Source: Protoeuglena noctilucae (Eukaryota). From it: a stretch of 43,166 bases of DNA. Below, in pieces: positions 25,023-37,100 of this stretch (position 1 is the stretch's first letter; every line of letters begins with the position of its first letter). The notes beneath the pieces were generated by a model, which was given only the letters and a program-made list of their open reading frames with translations, did not search any database and was not told the origin of the DNA. The position numbers and the translations under genes were made by a program. Where the stretch lies: the NCBI GenBank assembly GCA_958009085.1, contig OY253689.1, forward strand, positions 434,001 through 477,166, given 5' to 3'.

Positions 25023-25750
25023 CCCTGCACGAGACGGTGTGGGGCAGGACGTGGCCGGGACAGCGACGAGAACGGGCGCTCGGAACAATAGGCAGCCGCG
25101 AGCGGTGACGAAAGCGCACAAGCGGCTCACGCCGCGCGGCTTACCCCCGCCCTGCGACATGGTTGCGTCCTCGAGTGCCAACCACGCTTGAAAGCACGAC
25201 CGGCGCAGGCGAGCCTGCAATGCAATTGGAGGGCACGCTTGACGTCGCGGAGGCGGCGCGCACTCGCTTTGCTGCTCAATCTGCCTGGCCCGCATGTGCG
25301 AGCCCCCAGCCCAGCGCAGGTGGCCCCAAGTGTCGCCAGCCATGCAGCCATAAACCACCTCCGCATCCTCACCCGACGCGATGAACGGCTTGGTGTACAG
25401 ACGGAGGCTTGTGCGTCTTCCTGGGGGCTTCAAACCACTCCGTACTCCTGCAAGCGGTAGTGGGGCTGAGACACCGACAGAGTGAGCAAATGAGCGAGAT
25501 GCGGCGGAATAAGCACGGATGGACTGAACCCCCAGGCCGCGTCAGGGACTGGCGCGTGCGGCACCCCTTCCTCGCCGTCACGCTCCCATCGCTGCGCATG
25601 CTTTGCATCCGTGGCATAACACTGAGCTTTCAGATCCTGCCTGAGACTTGCTTACGCTTCGTGCTCGCACAGACGCAGCCTCTTTGTGTGTGCCTGCTCC
25701 CCTCGTCGCAAATCCCAGGACAATACCCGCGCGTCATCGCAGGGACAATA

Positions 25751-27110
25751 ATGAGCAAGAAGAAGGGGCTATCGCTGGAGGTGCTGGATCGGCACGCTGC
25801 TGCAATGGCCGCTCGCACCTCGCGCGGTCGATGTCCGCCCTCCCGGCCCAGCCAAGCAATTCATTGCCGCGCATTGGATCGCAGGAGAAGCGAGACAAGA
25901 TCCTAGAGGTGTTCCACGAGTCGAAGGAGGTCTTCATCCTCAAGGTGCGCGAGGGTCGGGTCCTCACGCTGCGCGCGGCGTGTGGCTGGCCGCGCCTCCT
26001 GCGGCCCAGACCCGGAGCGCTCCGCCGTGTCCTCTGCGCAGGAGGTCGAGAAGAAGGCGGCGGCGAAGGGCGTCGTGCTCCAGAGCGTGAAGGACGTCCT
26101 CCAGACCCTCGTGGATGACGACCTGGTTCACCAAGAGAAGGCACGACCCCGGGCCGCGTGGGCAGCGGTGCGGGACCGGCCGAGACTTGTCACAGGACTG
26201 TGTCTTTGTCTCTCCGCAGATCGGCACCACCAACTTCTTCTGGAGTTTCCCCAGCGAGGCGGGCGTGAAGCTACAGCAGGAGCTGGGGCGACTGCAGGCG
26301 CGAGGGGAGGAGCTGCGGGCGCAGGCGGAGCGGGCAAGAGAGAGCATACGCGCTGAGGTGCGAGCGGGGCAGTGCGGGGGTCCCTAGCACGGTCCCTGCT
26401 GGTCTGGTAGCAGGCTGTTGGGCCCAGCGTGACCGTACCATAACGGTTCACACATTCCATCATGCGTGCCGTGCCTGGCTGTTGTCGCAGGGACAGGGGA
26501 AGGAGGACTCGGAGGAGCGGAGGAGACTGGTACAGGTGTGGTGCAGCCACGGCTGCCAGCTAGATGCCGCACCCATGCGTGCGTTGACAAGCCCGCGATC
26601 CCCACAGTGCCGTGCCCAATTTCGACACCAACACCCTTTCTCCCGCCTTCATCGCAGGACCTGGAGACCCTCCGCGCCGAGCACGCCTCCCTGCGCGCGC
26701 AGCTGCAGGCGTTGGCGGAGAGTGACCCCGAGGCCGTGGATGCGATGCGTGAGGCGACGCGGGTGGCTAGGGACGCGGCCAATCGGTGGACCGACAACAT
26801 ATGGTGCCTGGCCAGCTGGGTGAGGGGTCGGTGGGTCATGAAGTGCGTGGTTAATGGATTGATTGGTTGCCTGGCCAGCTGGGTGAGGGGGCGGGTCATG
26901 AATTGCATGGTTAGTGGAATGAGTGGTTGCATGAGTGGTTGCTTAGCTGCGTTGAGGGGCAGTTAGGGTACAGGTATCGCGGAGAGAGTCACACTCTGCC
27001 TTTGCTGTGTTATCCCGCAGTGCAAGCGCAAGTTCCAGGGCCGGGAGAAGGAGCTGGAGAAGTTCTTCGAGCAGAATGGCATCACGGATGCCCTCGATTA
27101 CGTGGAATGA
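25751..27110 (+). CDS. MND1: Meiotic nuclear division protein 1; exons 25751-25780, 25885-25944, 26042-26140, 26220-26357, 26491-26535, 26658-26819, 27021-27110
   Basis: MSKKKGLSLEEKRDKILEVFHESKEVFILKEVEK..KGVVLQSVKDVLQTLVDDDLVHQEKIGTTNFFWSFPS..AANRWTDNIW..LDYVE* matches MND1 throughout. Confidence 0.96.
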
Positions 27111-27129
27111 GATGCCATGCTGACTGTGG

Positions 27130-27178
<49 letters not shown>
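27130..27178. repeat. (GT)n microsatellite between the convergent 3' ends of MND1 and SEPSECS
   Basis: Directly visible. Confidence 0.95.
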
Positions 27179-27179
<1 letters not shown>

Positions 27180-27390
27180 AGTGAGTTGGGCGATACTGCG
27201 GGGTTCGCCGCTTGGGTCCAGTCCATGCGTTCATGCACACGACTGCGCTTTGCCTCGCGCTTTTCCGTATTGAATTTAAGCGCCGCCGCTGCCTTGGCCA
27301 CTGCTCATGGCTGCCTGCGGAGCGACCCAGACCGTCTACGCAAAAGCCCCTCTCTCAACTTGCTCGCTCCCCCACCCCGCACCGCCGCTG

Positions 27391-30300
27391 CTAGCTGTCC
27401 CCCGCGCCCCACATGGCCGCCACCACCACCGAGTCGTCCTCGCCCCCCTCCCAGTCCCCATGATCCAAGTCTCTCTCCCCCTCCCCCTCCTCCTCCCCCT
27501 CTTTGTCGTCGTCCACCCCACCCTCGGGCATCAGGGCCGGGAGTGACGTCGACGCGGCATGGGACGCCTTGAGACGCTCGTACTCCCGCGCCAGGCGCTG
27601 TGAGGGCAGAGGGCGATGCATGGTGCGTATGGGCGCGAGGCCATACAAAACCAAACGCGCCCATCACTACCGCGTCCCATACCACCCCACACACCACAAC
27701 TGCCCACTGCCCCCCTCCCCCTCACCTCCACGAATCAATCCACCTCCTCCATCTACCCACTGCCCACTGCACTGCTTGCTGAGCACTGCACTGCTAAGTG
27801 CCCACTCCCACCCCCTCCCCCCCTCACCTCCACGAATCGGTCCACGTCCTCCCTCTGCCCCCCCAGCGCCGCCGCTGCCGTCACGTACACGTGGCCGTAC
27901 CCCGCCCGGTGCGCCCCGTACCCCTCCAGCCGCACCCCGCCCACCGTGGCGTCCTTGCCCACAACCACGCGAGCCCCGGACACGCGGCGGAGGAAGAGGC
28001 GGGACCCCAGCATCGTGGCTGAGGCGGCCTGCGGGTGAACAGAGCGAGCATCCCGGGGCTATCGGCTCAGCGCATGGCACGCGGCTGCCGGGGTGCGTGT
28101 TGGGGATGAGCCCTGCTAGGCCTGTGGCACCCTAGCCCGTTTGCATGGAAGCTCGGTAGTCGCCTAGATCACAACAGTGCGAGGGCGGCTGCGTTATCTC
28201 CGACTCGCCTGCATGACGTCCAGCGTCATGGCCACGGATATGGGGTTGCGTGGCGTCACCAGCACACGCTCCCCCAGGTGCTCGGCCACCGCCTGCGGAC
28301 AACGACGCAACACGGCATGCGTCAGAGTCAAGAGCCATTAATCAGTCCCCATCTGTTCCTCACACCCCCTTCATCTCACCTGCACCCGCTCTGTGCATCA
28401 CACTCCCCACCCTCACCCCCCCCTCACCCCCACCCTCACCTGCATCTTCTCCGCCAAATAGTCGTAGAGCTCTGCCCGGCTCTGCCGCACCGCCTCCCAC
28501 CCCGCGCGCCCCCAGTGCAGCAGCGTCATGGCCAAATCCAGCACCGGAGACATGCCCGCGCGGCCAGGCCACAGCTGCTTCACCGCCTCCACAGCACCTG
28601 GGGGGGGGAGGGCAGGGAGCGCGTGTGCTGGCATGCACTTGCCTAGCCCCCTGAGGTGCTTCCCTCTCCGTCACTCATCACTCCGACCCACGCACAGTAC
28701 CCGTGCAAAGCACTCAACTCGCAGCACCCCGGATCCCTCGCGCCGCCCAACATCCCCACTTATCACCCGCACAATGCTCTCGCACCCCAGCCTACCCCAA
28801 CCCATCCCACCCCACCACCCCTCGCCTTCCTGTCCCTCGAAGTCGCACACCAGCGCCCCCCCCACGGGAACCATGAAGTTTTTATCAGTGCTCTGAACAC
28901 CAGCCGTGACCGTGCCGCGTCGCGCGGCGGTCCCCAGCTGCTGGCACAGCCACGCGCTCTGCACGCCGTATGCGTGGTTGACCACGTGCATGGTGCCCAG
29001 GCGGCAACACATCCTGGCCACCTGCAGAGAAAGGGCAGGGGCGGGCACACGTAACGCACCACCACCGCAACTGCGCACGGGGGTCGCCGCGTGCAGGACT
29101 TGGGAGGTCCTATCTCGAGCAGTGCACGCAGCAAACACAATTAGACCCCTCCCTCACCTCCACCACCAGGTCGCATCCCCGGGGAGCGAAGCAGCTCGTC
29201 GTGGTCACCACGCAAAGCACGTTGTCGACGCTGGGGGGCGAGAGCGAAGCGGAAGGGGATGAGTCAAAGACAGAACAGCTGAGGGAGTGCTGGAGTCTTA
29301 GCCATGCCAGCTTAGCAGCCGCGCACCCGAGGTCGGCGATGGCCTTCTCGATCCCTGCCAGGTCCGTCACCAGCTCATCGCCCTGCAGAGAGGGGGAGGG
29401 GTCGTGGGAGCGTCACGACTGACACGGCACGCGAGTGTCATCGTCAAAGGCCGAGACACAACATTCAGCAACAACCACTTAGGCCATCAGCCACTAAGTT
29501 ATAAGCCAGCCAGCCGAATCTGTGTGTGTGTCATTCCCTCCTCTTTAAGTGTCCCTCGCCTGCATGACGGGCTCCACGACGCATACCTCGAGCCCCGCGC
29601 TGAGTATGGCCTTGAGGCACGTCTTCTGGTCGATGCGGCTCCACACCACGAACCGCGCCCCCGGCCGCATGGGCCGCAGCGCCAGCAGCACCATCATCAT
29701 GGCCACGCCCGTGGCGGCAGGCAGCACCACCGACGACGCCACCTCACGCATCCCAGCTTCACTGCGGGCGGGGGGGGCGCACGGGCACGGCTGGTGACCA
29801 ACGGTGCTTGCCCTGCCTCATTGCAGACGCTTGCCGCGCCAAGACCGTCGCAGCCGCCCAGCCATCGGCTCTTCACAGTCGACCCCACTGCCGTCGACAC
29901 CACTAAGCACACAGCACCCCAGGCAGCTCCCCCACACTCCTGCCCCATCCGCGCGCCCAGGCGCGCACCGCAGCGCGTCGGTGGCCAGCAGCGACGCGAC
30001 CTTGAGCAGCAGCGACGAACCCGCCGCCTTGGGCTGCTCCGCTGCCACGTCGCCGCTGCGGCCGATGCCGTGGGCCAGACCCAGCGAACGCGCCCGCACC
30101 AGCGGGCACGCGATGCGGCCCTCGCGCTCCCCGACCCCGGCGTTTCCTGTCGCGAAGGGGAGAGCGAGGTGAGTTGGACACATGCGATCCAGCGAAATCG
30201 TCGCCGCAAGCCGCGGTGGCGACGGCGCACGATTGGCCATCCCCCTGTGGCCTTGGGTCGTGGGACGGGCTCCCGTCCAGGCACCTGGGAAATTGTTCGA

Positions 30301-30772
30301 ATCCATCGCCGCGCAATCCCGGACGAACGCCTCGATCGCGTCATCCGGCCATCCCGTCTCGGGGAGCCTCCGCTGGCTGAGGAGCGTCTTGACCAGCCGG
30401 TTGCGCTGCATGCACCAAGGGGGGATGGCGTGCGCGCGATAGCCGTACGGGACAATCCGGCCGACCAGCGCTGCCGATGCGCATGTTGAAAAGACGACCG
30501 ATGCAACTGCGTCCGCGCCCCTCGCGCCGGAGGAGTCACGCAGCGCCCGTCCGGGTTGCAGAGAGGACCCGGAGCGCCGCGCACGCACTTTGCGCCGATT
30601 GCCGGGGCAGGCAAGACGACTCCCGGCACGCAAAGTTTCGGCCGCTGATCCAGCCTAGCCGCCGTGCCCGGGGCGTGCGCCGGGGCCCCACCTGGATTAG
30701 CGCATCCCCTCCCTGCCGCACATACGTGAGCCCGACGAGTCCGGACGCCAAAGCGAGATTCTCAGCATCCAT
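27391..30772 (-). CDS. SEPSECS: O-phosphoseryl-tRNA(Sec) selenium transferase (selenocysteine synthase), about 11 exons
   Basis: MDAENLALASGLVGLTYVRQG.., MDSNNF.GNAGVGEREGR, HGIGRSGD..QPKAAGSS, WSRIDQKTC, TTSCFAPR, and QSTDKNFMVPVGG with the PLP lysine. Confidence 0.96.
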
Positions 30773-31277
30773 TCCCGATGCAAGCACCGCGCCCGCCTCG
30801 CGCGGGCCCCGTTGCCTCGCGCCCCGGGCGCCCTGGTTCCTCTGCGGTGCCCGTGCGCGCAGGGCCGGGGGCTGCTTCGACAAGTGCCCGACGCAACGTA
30901 ATTCAGATTTGATCACGGATGCCCCAGCACGTCATGGCTCTCGGGATCGTGAAGCGCCTCGGAGGCAATTGCCCTTCCAGCGAGCAGCCAAGACGCCCGC
31001 CCCAATTAGAGCCCACACGATTGCAGTGGCACGTGAACCGGACCACATCATGGAATTAGAACAGGCGGGTGCAATGACAACCGCATTTGAGCCATTGGCC
31101 AAACAGTTCCCCGCTGCTGGCCTCACGTTGCGCAGAGATCTGCCACCAGGGAGATCCCGATTGGGCGCAAATCAGGATCAGAGGCCACATTGATCGAATT
31201 CCGCTTCCGTAGGATTCAAAGGTGCTCATTTCTTTTGAGGGACGCCCGAGGGGGGTCATCCTAGGAAAATCTCGACT

Positions 31278-32892
31278 TCACTCGACGGCTCCCAAGCCTA
31301 GTAAGGGATGTAGGAGGACCCCTCCGCGTACACCCGCACGGGCACCAACGCGCGCTCGGCAGGCACCGTGGCGCCACCGACGCGGCTGCGGGGAGAAGCG
31401 AGCGTGGGGCGCGTGAGCGACACGAGCGGCGCCCATGGGAAACACCAACTCCATAACCGTGCATCCCGCCCCTCACCGCGTGGCCCTGTCCAGCAGCACC
31501 TCGAGCTGCTCCCGCATCCCCCCCGGCACCCGCGCCCGCCTCTCCCGCATCTCCTCCCTCCTCCGCAGCCTCTCCGCCCTCGCGTCGTCCTCCCCCGCGT
31601 TCGCCAGATCCTCCGCTAAGTCCCGCGACCCCACCAGGGACGAGAAGAAGGCCCCCCCGAACACGCCCATGCCCTCGCGCATCTTGTCGGCCGCCGCCTT
31701 GCGCCGCGCCGCGTCCTGGGCCGGCGACCACTTCCGGGCCTCGTTCATCTCTGCGGGCGGGGGAGAGAGCATCGTTGACCTAAGCGTGTGCCAAGAGGGA
31801 GCACCCGCGCTGGTGGACCTCATCCAGCAGCCAACAGCCGCCCCCTCTCCCTCCCCGCCCCCCTCACCCTTCTCTCTCCTCTGCCGCGCCTGGGAGAACC
31901 TCGTGGCGGCGTCGAACACGTCCTGCACCCCCCCGCCCTGCCCCGCCATCATGACGCCCACGTTGGTGCGGTCCACCAGGTACCGCATGGCGTACTCGAG
32001 GTAGGGCAGCTGGGAGGAGGACACCCAGTGGATGCACGACACGGGACACGAATCGATCGCAGACGTGATCTCGTCCTCCGAGTTGAGCCATTGGGCAAAC
32101 ACGCGGGACCGGCCAAAGTCGGGCTCGATGCGGAACATGGCGGGGGCCACCCACACGCACTGCTTGCACCCGATGCAGGAGTTCTCGTCCACGAACACCG
32201 CGCGGTCGTCGCCCTCCGGGCGCTTGCTGCGCTTGTCGCCCACCCACTGCACAGCAGGGACATGGCTGACCGTGGGGCTGCCCTCTCCTGGGACACTGAC
32301 GCGCCCACGCAGCTGCTCAAGGCTCACGTCAAACAGTGAAAGTGTCGCCTAACCCTATGCTCTCACCTTGGACAGCGGCTGCCCCGTAAACCCCGCCCCC
32401 TCGTCCTCCAGGTGCGCGTCGAGCGCCTGGTCGTACAGCCGGCGGAGGGAGGGGCTCGACAGCACGTCGTACGCCTCGTTCAGCAGGATGCACAGGTTGT
32501 GCCCCGCGTCGCCCGTGTAGTCGGGGTGGCACGCCTTGGCGCGCTCCCGGTACGCCGTCTTGACCTGCCCCTCCGTGGCGTCGTCGGGGATGCCCAGGAC
32601 CTCGTAGTAGTCCACGAAGTTACCCTGAAGAGGAGAGACGAGACGCGTGGGTGAAGTGAGCATCCCCGGCATCAGGGGTGGCACAGCTGGCTGCGCGGCA
32701 TGGCTTCGGACCCCGCCCCACCTGCGAGTCCAGCCCCAGGCCCGCCGCCCCGCAGCGCACGTCCTTCGCGCGGCGCGGCGAGGGTGCGGGGACCCACGCG
32801 CGGCGTGCGATCCTCTGCCGCGACGCAGGGCCGGCGGAGCAGGACGCGGCGTGGGCCAGCGCCCCGGGGGCGCCCAGCGCGAGGTTCCTCAT
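31278..32892 (-). CDS. Chloroplast DnaJ-ferredoxin protein (CDJ3/CDJ4-like), 5 exons
   Basis: Transit-peptide-like start, J domain (DYYEVLG..CHPD), ferredoxin domain VFVDENSCIGCKQC..AIDSCPVSCIHW, and a C-terminal VPAERALVP motif. Confidence 0.92.
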
Positions 32893-34160
32893 CTCCCGCC
32901 GCTTCGAATCCGCGTCAGGCCGGCGTCCCTGCAGATGAGCAAGAGGGGCGGGGACTCGGTGCGCGCCCCGCCGCGCCCGTCTGCCGCGCGTCGCAGCTGC
33001 CCGCGCGAGCAGACCGGCGTCGCTGTCGAGGCCCCGCGCGCCACGGTCGACGGCTACCCCGCGAAGCGAGCGGGACGGACAGGAGGCCGTCATGCACACG
33101 GACGCGGGGGAGGGACGGGGGGGCGCGCGAGTGAGCCGGCGGGGCCCGGCGAGCCCAGATTTTCTAGTAATTGGGAGGCCCGGGGCGAGCGCGCGGGAGG
33201 GCCCGGAGGCGCGGAGCGTGCAAATACGGCACCACATGTGACGTGGAAGAATCGGCAAGGGAGAAATCGCGCCGTGGGAATGCCGACGGGGCCTGCCTCC
33301 GACGAGGGCGCGGGTATGCGCCCGGGGCGACTCCGCCGCGTCCCCTCGAGGCAATCCAACATCGCCGGACATCGAATCCGGTCACCAAGATCAGGGTGAG
33401 GTGACCAGGCCCCCCAAACGCCCCCCATTTCGGAACGAAACGGCCGCGTCGAGGCGGGGAGCCCGCCGACGCGCCTATTCAGCCCGCCGCGACTCACCAG
33501 AGCCTGATTGCGAAAACCAAACGACCAACCGCGAGATCGGCGCCCCTCGAGCACTGCTCAGCGCGCGAGGGCTCAAATTCCCTCAAATTGGTAGCACGTC
33601 GTGCTGTATACCGCGGATGAGTCTGTGGTGTTGCCCACGTAGCAGAGGTAGGCGCTGTAGCGGCCTGGGATGCCGCCATTTCCTCCGCGCCTCTTGGCGT
33701 CCCCTGTGTCATGACAGATGCGGGGTTTCAGGGATCGTTTGCGCAGTGCCAGGCGAATCATTGTCGGTCATCGTGTGAAGGATAAAACACATGCCGCGCC
33801 GGCGTGTTGGGGACTGCACGCCAGGCATCGGTAGCCCTTGCGGGAGTGGATGCGGCCATCGCAGCCGAGCTCAGTGACGTGGGGGCGTCGCTGAAGGATT
33901 TGAGTGCCCGCGTCTCAAGGTAACGTTGACAGCTTGTCATGCCGATTGCAGTGGCAGCGCGCCCCAGCCCAATCCTGCGCGCGGGCGGGGAGCGCTACGG
34001 ACCACGCAGTTGGCGAGGGCCAGGCGTCCGCGAGGGCCGCGCCGGGCGGACCGCAGCAATGACGGTCATTCTGATGCTCGCTTTGCACATGCAGATCCCG
34101 TCCACGCGGCGCCATCGCCTCTCAGTCGCAAAGGCCATCCCTTCCAGACAGTGACGCGCG

Positions 34161-37100
34161 ATGTCCGCGCGCATCTGGGCCTCCCCGGGCTCCGCAGCCG
34201 CGCTGTCACAACTATCGTTTGCCGCTAGTCGTCGACACACGGCCCTCATCCTCCGCGCCTCCTCGGAGCGGCGGAGGGGCGACGTGGCTGCACCTGGCCA
34301 GGCACGGGGACAGGCAGGCAACGAGGGGGGATCGGGCGAGGGGAGGAGCGGCGGCCGGCAGCGAGATCCGGGGAGCAAGCGAGGTACGCAGAGACAACCG
34401 GGGCGCTGCCGCTGATACGCTGCCTTGCATCGATTGCCATGGCACACTGGGCTGCGTGCCACCCTTCCCGTGCAGGGCCGGGGGGGGTCTCTCTTGCGGG
34501 CGGTAACGGCGCTCCTACCCCTTCAGATGCGTTTGGAGCATTTGAGGATGAAGAGGTGGGTGTAAGGGGGTTGACAGGCTGGCTGGGGGTCGCGTGCAAT
34601 TGCGGCGTATGGGCTGTCCTGTTACCTGTGCCTCCCATCACCTGTGCCTGCACGGGTCGATGGTGCGTGTAAAAGTGGTCTACGCATGTGTTGCAGGTCT
34701 CACGCTTCCTGTCCGGCGCGCTTGATGCGAGGGGCGGTGTGGGGCGGGGGCGCGGGGGCCGGGGCATGAGGGGGCGGGGCGGGGGCAGAGGGGCCAAGGG
34801 CGGGCGCGGCGGTCGCAGTGGCGGTGGCGGTGGCGGCGGTGGTGGCGGGCAGCGGGAGGCGCGTCGCGGTGGCAGGGGTGGCGGTGAGAGAGGAGACGCG
34901 GGCGTCGCGAAGAGGGGAGGGAGAGGGATGAGTGGGCGTGAAGAGGTGAAAGAGGAGGGGGGGAGGGAAAGTGAGGAGGATGAGGTGGAGGGGACGGGTG
35001 GAGAAGAGGAGACGGTGGTGGAGCAAGGCCGGGGGGTGGATCACGACGCGGGCGATGATGCGATCGCGGGAGAGAGGGAGGGTGAGGTAGCAGTGGAGGC
35101 ATCGAGCGTGGGTGCAGTGGCGACGGGCGAGGTGCCGGGCAGCATGCCGGGCATGGATGGCGCGCCCCCTGCCCCTCTGAGCGTGGAGGACGAGTCGCTT
35201 GTGTCGCTGGGGTGGGCGGGGGTGTGCCGGCAGGTGGCGTTCTTCTGCCAGACTCCGAGGGGGTTCCTGGGGGCGCTGGGGGGCGGGGTGCGGGTGGGGA
35301 GGACGCGGGAGGAGAGCGAGGCACTGCTGGGGGAGACACGGTGAGGGGGAGAGGGAGGGAGTGCGGCATTGTTAGGGAATACTAGTTGTGCAATATGCAC
35401 CCCTCCTCTTGGTGAGTCTCATGACACAACTCACCGCGTCCCTTGCCCGCCCCCTCTGCGCAGAGAGGCCATGGCAATGATGGCAGCAGTCAACAGCGCC
35501 CCCCTCCCCCTCCACGCCCTGTCCTCTGTGCTTGACGTGGCGCCGGCATTGCGGGCGGCGCGTGCGGGGCGCGTCTTCACGCCGCGGCAGGCGCAGGGGG
35601 TGGCAGACACAGTGGCGGCACTGGCGGAGGTGGCGGGGGCGGTGATGGCCGCGAGAGGGGCGCTGGCGAGGGGGGCGGAGGTGGCGGGGGTGGCCCTTGG
35701 GGACCAAGAGGCGAGGGCGCGATGCGTGGCATGACGCATGAATCGATGGTGGAATGGCATGGGTCATGGGTTGTGCATCGCATGCTGTATGTACGGGGTG
35801 GTTAAGCGGTAGCAGCACGCAGTTGGTAATCTCTCCCTCCACACCCCACGCCCACCCATTCCTCCCTCCCCAGGTCGCGTCCCTCTCTCGCCTCGCCTCG
35901 TCTCTGTCGCGGTGCGTGTCGGGGGGCCGCGTGGCGGATGGGGCGGACCCATCCCTGCCGACGGTGCGGGGGGAGCGGAGGGCCAACGCAGAGGAGCTGA
36001 GGAGGAAGGCGACAGAGATGGCACGCGCACTGTTCGCCACAGGTGAGAGGATGCGGTTGATGAAGGGATGTGTTGTTTGGCACCAGTGGAAGCATGTGTT
36101 GAGGTGGCGTGATGATGGGGGGGAGCGATGCGGTGGTGACGGCCACGTCATGTCGCAGACTGTATGGCCCAGTTCCCTCGCTGCATCATGAAACGCTCTC
36201 CTCCCTTCCACATTATACACAGTATGCTATCAAAGCCTTCGTTGCCCCCCTCTTTACTCCCCCCAGGTGCCCTGGAGCGCCCCCAGGTGGTGCAGCGGGA
36301 GGGGCGGTCGTGCCTGGCCGTGCGCAGTGGGCGCATGGGGGAGCTGTCCAGGGGGGCGGTGGTGCTGGGGACGTCGAAATCGGGGCAGACGCTGTTCGCG
36401 GAGCCGCCGGAGCTGGTGGAGAGGAACAACAGGGAGCAGGGTGAGTGGAGATGGCATGCGGTGCGGATGAGCGATGGCACCGACGACGGAGGACAGGTGC
36501 TGTTACGTGCTGTGGCGCTATCAGATATTGTCACTTCATGCCTCACTTATGCTCTCTGCCCATGCTCTGTGCCCATCCTGCCACCCGATGCCTCACTTAC
36601 GCTCTGTGCCCATCCATCATTCCAGACCTGTCGTCGATGGAGGCGGAGATCGAGGAGAGGGTGCTGAGGGGAATGACGCGCGACGTGGACACGCACGCGG
36701 ACCTGGTCGTGAGACGCGGGGTGCGGGGGATGCATTTGTCCATCGCGGTCACCTTGGCTGCAGGGCAGGATGAAGTGCAGCTGCCTCGTCCCACTGCACC
36801 ACCCCTGTGCACCACCCTTGCGCACCATGCCCCACTGTGCCACCCCACTGCGCCCCATGCCTCACTCCTAACCCACTCTCCCCTCTCCCCCAGCTCCGCG
36901 CCGTGTCTCTCGCTTCCCACGTGGACATGGCCCAGGCGCGCGCCCGCCACGCCGCGTGGATGCGGTCCTCGGACGTGCGACTGTGCGGTGCGGGGGAGGC
37001 GCCGCTGCACCTGCCCGGGTGCCGGCACCCCGTCATGATGGAGGCGGGGCTGCCACCGCTGCCGCAGGCGAGGGGGAGAGAGAGGATCGCAGCACATCGC

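Noticed and set aside
24676..27393. Alternative code with TAA/TAG = Gln, since most genes end in TGA
   Set aside because: I found no in-frame TAR in the conserved exons I translated, and DPY30 and SEPSECS end plausibly at TAG.
28960..28995. SEPSECS NHAYG instead of NNAYG as a loss of function
   Set aside because: The first Asn and the PLP lysine motif are retained, and the second position varies among homologues as I recall.
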